From the human T2T-CHM13v2.0 reference genome, Homo sapiens: a DNA stretch of 64,000 nucleotides. The DNA lies in the NCBI RefSeq assembly GCF_009914755.1, contig NC_060929.1. One strand, given 5' to 3'. Position numbers and translations under genes: made by a program. Under the pieces are notes generated by a model. The model had not been told where the DNA came from and did not search any database. It saw only the letters and a list, made by a program, of their open reading frames with translations. Every line of letters starts with the position of its first letter. Positions within the stretch are counted from its first letter, which is position 1. Of the stretch, positions 13,355 to 27,090 are shown piece after piece.

Positions 13355-14595
13355 CTCCACTCCCTAGGCCAAGAGTGTCCTCCGGGCAGAGACATGTGCC
13401 CATACAGCAGAGCCCTGAATCTATAACCCACAATAACAATACAGAGAGCAACAGCTACTAGGATCCCAGTTACGCTATTTATAACTATTGGGGCCCAGCA
13501 TAGGCCAGAGCCTAGGGATGCCCCTCCTTCTCTGCAGGGGTTCATCAGTAAGGCTCCCTAGAAACTTATTCTCCCATGAGACCCCTTGAAGGGCTGCTGT
13601 TATGTTCTGCTGACTGTCAGGGATAAAGGTACAACATTGTGTTCCTAAAAGGGTACAGATGCCTCCTTGGGCAGCAGTTACTATGTCTAAGGCCATTCGG
13701 TTTTGCAACACCACCTTCCTGATCTGATCAACTGCATCAATTGACAGGAGGAGGGCCCCTCGGGTGTGATTCAGAGCCCGAGCGGTGTGCTCTGCAAAAG
13801 CAGTAACTTCTGCTTTTACAGTTATGATACCCACTCCAGGGATAGTCACTTCCAAGGTGAAGAACCACCAGGGGCCTCATCGCACTCACAAAAAGTGAGA
13901 GCATAACACCTCCCAGTTATTCTGGCATCTGGGCAAAGCAGGGAGAACAGTGCCAGGTACGTAAGGCCAAACTCAGGTACAACGTCCAGGCCAGTCTGCT
14001 GGTAGGTAAGGACACCCTGTGTCCTCAATGACCCATAAACTCCCAGGGGTCATAAAATCCATCAGGGCCTGACCTTGGGTGGGGCCGCATGTTCCACCAT
14101 ACCTTCGGTGTGGTGACATGTGTTATGTTTACACAGGCCTTGCAGGGTAGCCATCCCACAGTGGTGTTACCCCAGTGTTCCTCTATGCACTGCCGTCCCT
14201 GAGCTGGGGGTACTACATATTTCCCCACTAGCCAGCCCCTCCCATCATAAATGCTACAGGCAAGATGGGGCAGGCATGCTATGGGTCTTGCGGAATTCTT
14301 TGTCTGCAGCTTGCCCTGTCGCATTCCAGGTGTCGGCCATGGGACTCAAAGTCTCCAGCCATGTCCATTTCTCTGCAGATGCTGAATGTATGTGCCAAGG
14401 CAAGCCATCTGCAGCTGCTCCTGGAAGGATGGTGCAGATCCAACAGTTGGAAACATTGGTCACCTCAGTGAAGGTGTGGGCCCAGTCCACAATGCAGTTG
14501 GAGCATGTCAACCTACGGTCGAAATGACAGAGCAGGCACAGGTACTAACAGAGTTAAATCATGTCCCTCAGGCAAAATACAGTCTAACCTTTCAT
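13330..14595 (-). pseudogene. env: env remnant (gamma-type SU/TM), disrupted
   Basis: SU CWIC motif (NVSNCWIC); TM immunosuppressive-domain-like VLQNRMALDIVTAAQGG and CX6CC (CTLLGTQCC); hydrophobic anchor; furin site reads *VR* (RVRR with two CGA>TGA changes). Confidence 0.9.
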
Positions 14596-17500
14596 CTCTG
14601 GATAACAATGCAGATGCCAACAGTTTTTGCCCTGGGAGATGGTGCCACACTTTATCAGCTCCGCATGGTTCCTTTGAGTCTTGTATCTGTGCCAAAGTCA
14701 CAGGGAAGCTCATGATAGGCCACACAGACAGTACATATGTCCCCTGGAGAAGGGTTCCTTCCCTGGCCATTTCTCTATGAACGGTCAACCGCAGGGGCCA
14801 TGTATTGAACACCCAAGGAGTGACATGCAAGTCATGATGTAGGCCCTCCCCCAAGAGAGCTATGATGGCCAACCACTGGCAGTGGGGTCTTGGAGGGTCC
14901 ATGGCCAAAGCCAGGTTTTCTGTTCCCTGCCTTCAGGGGCCACAGGGGTAGGCCACAGGGGCAGGCAACAACAGGTTTCCATTCATCCCCATACCTGGTT
15001 GGAGGAGGTAATTCTTGGTGTGTATCTGCAACTGAAGGTGGTTGGGGGGTGGGCAGCCCAGTGTAACAAAGCCTTCACCAGGGCCGGACCAGCCACATTT
15101 CTGTGGCTCTTCATTCAAGGTTTGGAGCACCAGGTCCAACCTTGAACTGCGGCCCCAAAAAGATGGGGGTGTGACATGCAAGCATAACCTATTCTTCAAG
15201 AGCTCATTATATCGTTCAATCATACCCACAGCTTGCGGGTTGTATGGCACACGGAATCCCCACTTTACGTCCATTGGTTGTGCCCATTGTTGTACCTGTT
15301 GTCCAGTGAAATATGTTCCCCTATCACGCCCAATGGCCAGAGGGCAACCATACAGGGCACATAAGTGTTGCAGGGCCCAGATGGTGTTCCGCTGTTCGGC
15401 CACCCTGCAAGGGTAGGCGAACAACAGGCCTGTGGCCATGCCCACAGCTGTTAGTGTATGTGTATACTCTTGCAACTTTGGCAGTGACCCGATGTAGTCT
15501 GCTTGCCACCTAGTCAAGGATACTTGCCCTGTCATTACCTGTGTAACACTGGGCAGCTTCCTCTGTTTAGGGTATGCCTGAGCACATGCTGGGCATTTCT
15601 GACAACCCTCCCAAATGTGTGGACAGGGACAGACCCCAACGCTTATTGACCTGTTGCATCAGTTTACTCCCCATGTGTCCCAGTTTCCAGTGTAGCCACA
15701 AGGCCACATCTCATGTAGGTGCCAACTCTAACCATCGGATCTTGGCCAAGCCATCTGCCTCATCATTGCCAGGGGTGGCCAAAGGCATATGGCCTGACAC
15801 GTGATAAATAGTTCTTTTTCTGATGACCCATTTCCCAGAGGTCTTGCCACATGGCTTGGCCCCAAATGGGTCAGTGGCCGACTAGCCACTTCTCTATTTT
15901 CCAGGTAGTTAACAACAAGGTTAAGCTTCAATAGACTGCCCAGATATTGGTATAGATTACCACAGGTGTCACCTCCTTGGTGATCATCATCCACACTGCT
16001 CTGAGTTCAGCCCATTGGCTAATTTGTCCACACCTGGTTTCAAACCATATGGTGTCAGTACTATGTTGGACTGCAACAGTGGTCCAGGCAGCAATAGCAC
16101 CTGGGCTAGATCCATCTGTGTACCATGCCCCATCAGGAATGGGGGAATGCCCTTCCTTAAACAGTGAAGGTTCAGGGTCTAGGGGTGCTTCAGGTCCCAT
16201 GGCCTTATCTTGCAGTAGGACTACAGTCCCCAAGACCTCTTGCAACTCTGCTGCTAAGACACGTGTAGTCAGTGTACTCTGCTGCTCCAAGTAGAGGCCC
16301 CACTTTGCCAAAGTGGATGTCTGTGCTGTCCCAGTCTGGGGGGTCATTACCCGTGATTGCACCTATCCCACTATCGGGTAAGTTATCCACACAATGACTG
16401 CAGCCCATCTTGTCATAATTTCACAAGCATGAAGGGCAGCAAATACAGCTGTTAGCTGTTTCTCTATCAAGGAATACTGGAGCTCAACTCCCTTCCACAG
16501 TTGGTACTAAAAGCCTACTGGAATTCTCAAGCACTCCATGCAGTCCCACAGGTCCCAACCGGAACCATCTGTGGTCACATGCACATCCAGCTCAAATTGG
16601 CACCCCTGGTCAACTACCTGTAGGGCTTGTGCCTGCTGAATAGCCCACATGGATGCCAGGAAGGCAGTCTAAGCTGCACCATCCCAGTCCTAGGTAGCTC
16701 CCTTCTTTGTTAACTGATGCAACAGTTTTATCATTTGAGCTAAATGGGGCACAAATGCCTGCCAATATCCCAGGAGGCCCACAAAAGTTCGCAGCTACTT
16801 CACCATGGTGGGCCGGTAATATGCCTGAATCTTATCAACGATAGCCTCTGGGATGGCCTTTGTCTTACCTGACCAGATAACTCCCAGGAATCTCGCAGAT
16901 AATCCAGGCTGTTGGACCTTGGATTTGTTGATGGCCCAACCACATGCAGCCAAATGTTGCCACAAGAAGGGCGCCACTGCTTCTAAATCTGCAAGAGAAT
17001 CAGAAGTTAACATAATATCATCAATATAATGGAATAGGTGGACCCTTTCTGGACATTGCCACGTGGCTAAATCTGTGGCAACTAGACCATGACATTTGAT
17101 AGGGCTATGCTCATAGCCCTGCAGCAACACTAAAAGTCCATTGTTGCCTATCCCACGTGAAGGTGAACTGTTCCTGGCTCTCTGGAGTGATGTCTATGGA
17201 GAAAAATGCATTGGCCAAGTCCACTACATAGTGGTGCTGTCCCAATTCCATTGTCAACTGGTCCATCAAATCCATGATTGATGGTACAGCTGCATGCAAA
17301 GAGGGTGTTACTTTATTCAGTTCTTGATAGTCCACTGTCATCCACCAAGTTCCATCAGGCTTTCTAACTGGCCACACTGGAGAATTGTAGAGGCTGTGGG
17401 TGCCACGCACTATCTGCACCTCCTCCAGCTTTTTGGTTGTCTCAGTTATCTCTGTATGCCCACCTGGCGAATGGTATTGATGAGTGGAAGTAACTCGTTG
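14513..17500 (-). pseudogene. pol: pol remnant (RT, RNase H, integrase) with frameshifts and stops
   Basis: [26 protein letters not shown] and HYIDD (RT); WYTDGSS..WAELRAV (RNase H); RWQADYIG..DRGTYFTG..YNPQAVGMIERYN (integrase DDE). Confidence 0.95.
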
Positions 17501-17920
17501 GGGTTGTGGCAGGACCTGAGGCTAGTGATGTGTATGTCTGCACAGCACCAGCTTCCACATACACTTGGTGTCTGAATTCCCTGGCCGTGGTTTGTAACAC
17601 CAGGCCATGTAAAATGTCCACCCCTAGAATGTATTCTGGAATGGGAGAGACATACATAGTATATAAATGGGGAGCCAAGTGGCCAATGCCGAGGTACAGA
17701 GATACAGGTTTCACTTTCACTGACCAGCCTCCATAACTGTCAGTGTAAGCAGGTTTGCCGGGAAACTTCTCCAGGTTCCCATAAACAAGGCTGCAATCTG
17801 CACCAGTATCCAGCAGTGCCAGCACCAACTGCACTTTGTTGGGGGACTAGTGGATCCCTAATTCCATATGTAGCCTCCAGTCATCTGATTTCCCCCCAAG
17901 CTGGGTGCCTCTGCCAGTTC
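17500..17920 (-). pseudogene. pro: Retroviral aspartic protease remnant
   Basis: ALLDTGADCSLV catalytic motif and YILGVDIL motif in ORF 17442..17834. Confidence 0.9.
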
Positions 17921-17921
17921 C

Positions 17922-19293
17922 CTAATCAAACAGAAAAGCCTCTAGATTTCTGCCCAGCTGCAGCAAGTAGTCTTTGAGCTGAAATGCCTGGGTGGGACCT
18001 GGTCACGCAGCAATATCCTTATCCCCCTTGGGCATATTCTGGAATTGCTGCTTCAGAGATAACTGTCTCCAGAAAGTTAAGAGAACTTCATTGTCTGCTT
18101 ATCGATTTTCTCTTGGTCAACCCTGGCCAAAATCAAATATACCCACACATGTGAGTGTGTCATTCATTGGAGCCCCCTTTTCTCCCATGGGGTGCCCCCA
18201 GAAGGCAGGGCATCTTCCCCTTTTGTATGGCGCAGACCCCTTGGTCCCACTGGCAACCTTCTGCTTCCCTGAGAGCCACCATAACAGTGGTCACTCCATG
18301 TATGCGGTGCCCTACCTCTGGGGTGAGGACTGTAGCCAGGGAGCCAAAGGCACTTGGGGGCACAGAACCCAACACGAGATCCCTCATGTGGGAGGTGAAA
18401 CATTCATCATCTGGCCCCTGGGTTTTCAGGTCAAACAGCCTGCCACATACCCATCTCCCAGATGACTTGCACCAAATCGGCATACGACTGCCATTTACTC
18501 ATGGTTTTGAGTATTTCTTCGGCATTGATCCACACAGTCTGTACGGCTGGCCATAGCCACTCAATCAGGGTGTGGTCACCTTGCCCTTGCGCCAACTGCC
18601 TGCTCACCTGCAACTGCTGATGGAGGGAGGGGTGAGTCATGATAGAGGCCAGCTTTTCCACCTCAGAGGCAGAACAGGAGATGTTATCTGCTCCCTCGTC
18701 CTGCAAATGAAGCATCCATGTGGACAGAGGTTCCTCTGGATACTGGAGACACTGCTTGCCTAATTCCTGCAACTCAGTTGGGGTATAGGCAGTATATAAA
18801 GTATTTCATATTACAGTGGGGGGTCCCTGAGCATGCCCTTGTGGCCTCAATGGCTGTTCATGATCTACCTTCTGATGGACCACTGGGTGAGCCCGCAATG
18901 GGGGTTCTTCCTCCTTCGTATCAGACGGAGTGGGGGGTCTCGGGCCAACATGATGCACCCAGGCTTGCATTCACAGCAGCCTCTAATTCCTTTTCCAAGC
19001 TCTGTAGCTGAGCCTCCAAGCATCCTGCCTGCTCCTGGAGTTTCTCATTCATGGCAGCTTCTAACTCTTTTTCTGAGCTGTGTAGCTAGGCCTCCAGGTG
19101 CCCAACCTGTGCCCAGAGGGCCCTTACCTGTGCTTTACCCCTCAGGGACTTGGTGTGTACTTCTTATAGCACAGTCAAAAATGCCATCTAACTCTGCCAG
19201 CAAAAGCTTGCTCCTTCTTTGTGCTCTGTGCTTCCAGCTTCATCTGAGCAGCATAGCTGCCACTGGGTACCACAACCCATGTTGTGGCCACAT
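17922..19293 (-). pseudogene. gag: gag remnant, disrupted
   Basis: Lies between the PBS/splice donor and pro; fragments ELGKQCLQYPEEPLSTWMLHLQDEGAD resemble ERV-L-type capsid; putative ATG at 19293 (MWPQHGLWYPV) and stop FLFD* at 17922. Confidence 0.75.
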
Positions 19294-19338
19294 GGCTGAC
19301 CCGGAATCTGTGGGGACCAAAGGCTCACTCACCTCAGG

Positions 19339-19355
19339 ATCTGTTCATGGCGCCA
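19339..19355 (-). promoter_or_regulatory. Primer-binding site, tRNA-Ser(CGA)-like, followed by the major splice donor GAG|GTGAGT (GT at 19332-19331)
   Basis: TGGCGCCATGAACAG-AT, 2 nt after the LTR, versus TGGCGTCACGAACAGGAT expected from my recollection of a Ser-CGA tRNA 3' end (2 substitutions, 1 deletion). Confidence 0.7.
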
Positions 19356-19357
19356 AA

Positions 19358-19707
19358 TGTCAGGTTCTAACTGAGGTCCAAGGGGAGTCAGGCGAGTGGC
19401 GGTAGCTGGAAAAACACTTAAGCAATTGTGGACGGTTTCAACATGGCTTTATTCTCTCTCTGGGCACAGGAGAGCCTGAACGTAAGCCATATATACAGCA
19501 TTAGCAGGGTAATTATACTTTTTACTGACAATAGTGGCTCCAAGCCAAGCACAAGCTTTCATGGGTGATTACCTAATGCACCTCACATGGAATGGTTACA
19601 TAATGTGTGGAGGGGTTGTGTGCCCGCACTCCAAAGCTGCTGAGTCATGCTGCACCAAAAGGCTGCCTTGGCCTACTCCTGACGGAAGTGCAACCATTTC
19701 CCTCACA
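19358..19707 (-). repeat. 5' LTR (LTR18 family)
   Basis: TGTGAGGGAAATGGTTGCACTT...CCTGACA with intact TG..CA termini, a TATA-like element and AATAAA (19453-19448). Confidence 0.92.
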
Positions 19708-19959
19708 GGTGGGAATGAACAATTGAAAAAAATAATACAATTTACTATATTAAGGCTCTGTGGTAGCAGGAAAATAACAAAAGACCTGGAGACCTGCATG
19801 GCTAGAGCTGAGAGAGCTGGTAGAGGCATAATGAGAGAGGGGATTGGGGTGGCAGGTGGCGGCCAACCCGGGTGAGCAAATCTGACCTTGATACTGTGAG
19901 CAGTGGGAAACCACTGACCTTTACCCATCTAATGTCTCTCTTTAGTGGTTAACTGAATA

Positions 19960-20570
19960 CTTTTAATGTTTTTCTGGTCTCTGAAGTGATACCTGTTCAT
20001 TATAAAAAATTTCAAAATGACAGATGAATAAAAAGAAAAAAATACAAATTACCTTTAATTTTACAACTCAAAGAACCATCATTGGTTTAAATTTTGGTGA
20101 ATACATCTCTAAATGTTTTTCATGCAAATATTTTAAAAAGCAAAATTGGATCACCTTCATCCATTGTTATGAGTATTTTTTACCTTATTAAACATTCTCT
20201 CTATGATAATTTAGTCACCATATGGATGCACCACAATTTAACTGATTTCCTACTATTGGACATCTGGGTTTTTGTAATTTCTCCATTTTAAAAAAATTCC
20301 ACAATGAAGTTCCATATATTTAGCAACATCGATGCAACTTTTAAGAAGGGGCATTTTTATCTTAGAGGGTATGACAGATTTTAGGCCATAGATATATGTT
20401 GCCCATTCTCACTAAAAAAGAGTTGTAGCCGATCACACACAACCTCAGAGCATGATTTGCCAGCTCTGATTATAATTATTTCATATTGCAAATTTGATCA
20501 GTGGACAATATTGTCTTATTTTTACTTTGCATTTGTTTCCTAATTAAAAATAGAACTTTTAAAAAAACAG
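19960..20570 (-). mobile_element. Old L1M(E)-like fragment
   Basis: AT-rich antisense L1 motifs: tatggatgcaccacaattta..ctattggacatctgggtt and ttgtcttatttttactttgcattt. Confidence 0.55.
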
Positions 20571-21117
20571 TTCGCCATGGTTTCATCAGGGAAAGACTCA
20601 TCTGATTCAAAATCTGGGCCTTTGGATTTGCTGCCTAGAATGCACTCCTGATTTCTCTTCAACAAATTATAGCTACTTTGTCCCTTATGACTCATTGCAA
20701 TATTTTCTTCGGCTTTCTACAAGACTCTTTCTCTTATTTTCTCTGTCCCAATTGTCTCCTCACTGTAGAAGCTGCTAGTGAAGATACAGGTAGTGGGTTC
20801 CGCAATGTGGTGAGATGACATGACTCACATGCACATTGTCTTCATACGGAGAGGGTGCTCTCCTGTGATTTAACTTTGTGACCTTCTACAGTGTCTCACC
20901 CTGTGTTCTGCACATGTTATGGTCCATAAATATTTGTGAGTGAATGATAAGAAAAGTCACCATGGCACAAAAGAGTGGATAATTTTTGACTTGATGGATG
21001 ACTCAACTGTGGAGCCTTGTATACAGATATATTAATAAAATATTGCAGACCAAAGTCATCACGAATGCCGCTCAAGATCTCTTTTTAGATTGTGCACCTA
21101 TCACCAATATATTTGGA

Positions 21118-21320
21118 TAATTTCAACTTTATGGATTCGGGGGTACACGTGCAGATTTGTTACATGGCTACTTTGCATGATGCTGAGGTTTGGGGTATGA
21201 ATGATCTTGTCACTCTGAGAGTGAGCACAGTACCCAATAGTTTTTTTACCCCTTATCTCCCTTCCTCTCTCCCCATTCTAGTAGTCCCAGTGTCTATTGT
21301 TCCCATCTTTATGTCCATGC
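21118..21320 (-). mobile_element. L1PA16-like 3' end fragment
   Basis: gattcgggggtacacgtgcagatttgttacatgg..tgcatgatgctgaggtttggggtatgaatgatc..gtgagcacagtacccaatag. Confidence 0.8.
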
Positions 21321-22172
21321 CCATCATCAGTTTTTAAGCTTTCACACTACAGCTTAGCAACATAGAACATTTTGATTTAACAGAAGCCCAATTACGTTAT
21401 CTCTTTCTGATATTTTTATTTTTCCCTCTGGCTTAGAGACAAAAGCACTTACATCGATTTGAAATGTGACATAGTTTCCAGCTAATTTTTATTAAGGGTT
21501 TGAGGGACTTTTTTCTCTGGTTATAGGCTGTGCTAATGTCTTGCCACGCTAGTCTGACAATGTAAATTGCATCTGTAGTCTTCTTTTCTTATGTTATGGG
21601 GAAAGGGCAAAAGACTTAGAACTTGCAAAGGCCATTAACACAGCATTTGGCTGTGCCAGTGGTGAAGGTGGAGGAAAGGACAGCCTTGACATGGCCTTGA
21701 CATGGCCTTGCCTTCAGCAGTAGTGGGTTATGTGCTCAAAGTCTCTCAGGGGCCTCAGCTAGACTGGGTAAATGATGACGTCTCTCTGTCTTTGTCTTGG
21801 CATCGTTCTAAAACTGGCCCTTCTTTATCTGTGGTCACGCGCTTGTTCCCTTGTCCTGAAGGAGCTGGGACTCAAGCATGTCCAGCCTTTGTCCCATGAT
21901 GTCATGCCTTCTAAACTGATAAGAAGTGTAATTTAGGATTACTCTTTTTTTATTATTTTATTTTTTTAATTATACTTTAAGTTCTAGGGTACATGTGTAC
22001 AACGTGCAGGTTTGTCACAGAGGTATACATGTGCCATGTTGGTGTGCTGCACCCATTAACTCGTCATTTACATTAGGCATATATCCTAATGCTATCCCTC
22101 CCCCCTCCCCCCACCCCACGACAGGCCCTGGTGTGTGATATTGCCCACCCTGTGTCCAAGTGTTCTCATTGT

Positions 22173-26001
<3,829 letters not shown>

Positions 26002-26064
26002 TATGATGTTAGCTGGTTATTTTGCTTGTTAGTTGATGCAGTTTCTTCCTAGCCTCGATGGTCT

Positions 26065-27090
26065 TTACAATTTGGCATGGTTTTGCAGTGGCTGGTACTG
26101 ATTGTTCCTTTCCATGTTTAGTGCTTCCTTCAGGAGCTCTTTTAAGGCAGGACTGGTGGTGACAAAATCTTTCAGCATTTGTTTGTCTGTAAAGGATTTT
26201 ATTTCTCTTTCAATTATGAATCTTACTTTGGCTGGATATGAAATTCTGGGTTGAAAATTATTTTCTTTAAGAATGTTGAATATTGGCTCCCACTCTCTTC
26301 TGGTGTGTAGGTTTTCTGCTGAGACATCTGCTGTTAGTCTGATGGGCTTCCCTTTGTGGGTAACCCAACCTTACTCTCTGGCTGCCCTTAACATTTTTTC
26401 CTTCATTTCAACTTTGGTGAAACTGACTATTACGTGTCTTGTAGTTTCTCTTCTTGAGGAGAATCTTTGTGGCGTTCTCTGAATTTCCTGAATTTGAATG
26501 TTGGCCTGCCTTGCTAGATTGGGGAAATTCTCCTGGATAATATCCTGCAGAGTGTTTTCCAACTTGGTTCCATTCTCCTCGTCACTTTCAGGTACACCAA
26601 TCCGAAGTAGATTTGGTCTTTTCACATAGTCCCATATTTCTTGGAGGCTTTGTTTGTTTCTTTTTATTCTTTTTTCTCTAAACTTCTCTTCTCACTTCAT
26701 TTCATTCATTTGATCTTCAATCACTGACACCCTTTCTTCCACTTGATCAAATCGGCTACTGAAGCTTGTGTATGCATCACATAGTTCTCGTGCCATGGTT
26801 TTCAGCTCCATCAGGTCATTTAAGGTCTTCTTTATGCTGTTTATTCTAGTTAGCTTTTTGTCTAATCTTTTTTCAAGGTTTTTCGCTTCTTTCTGATGGG
26901 TTTGAACATCCTCCTTTAGCTTGGAGAAGGTTGTTTTTACTGATTGTCTGAAGCCTTCTTCTCTCAACTCATCAAATTCATTCTCCGTCCACCTTTGTTC
27001 CATTGCTGGTGAGGAGCTGTGTTCCTTTGGAGGAGAAGAGGTGCTCTGATGTTTAGAATTTTCAGCTTTTCTGCTCTGGTTTCTCTCCAT
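26065..27090 (-). pseudogene. L1 ORF1p, disrupted
   Basis: MERNQSRKAENSK.. coiled coil, RPNL..IGVPESD and IIQENFPNLARQ; premature stop at 26692. Confidence 0.93.

Larger units (their letters stand above)
12989..19707 (-). mobile_element. Full-length defective HERV-S / HERVL18 (class III, LTR18) provirus
   Basis: Two homologous LTRs, perfect 5-bp TSD GGTGG (12984-12988 and 19708-19712), Ser-tRNA-like PBS, PPT, ERV-L-like pro/RT(YIDD)/RNaseH/IN and an env remnant. Confidence 0.9.
12605..19750. mobile_element. Ancient MLT1(J/K-like) MaLR LTR split by the HERV-S insertion (12605-12988 and 19713-19750)
   Basis: tgtagtggtcag..ttgcagtaacaaatgatctccaaatctcag start; ttggtcaaagccaa; the terminal part aacaattg..aataatacaatttactata resumes right after the proviral TSD. 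Confidence 0.65.

Noticed and set aside
13475-13855. Domesticated syncytin- or suppressyn-like env gene
   Set aside because: Only a 126-aa TM fragment is open; the signal region, SU and furin site have stops, and the anchor is frameshifted.
18833-19405. 190-aa plus-strand ORF and other plus-strand ORFs over the provirus as antisense genes
   Set aside because: These are antisense shadows of GC-richer gag/pol sequence with no recognisable domain or independent signals.
21683-21710. GCCTTGACATG x2.5 micro-repeat
   Set aside because: Trivial slippage duplication with no evidence of function.
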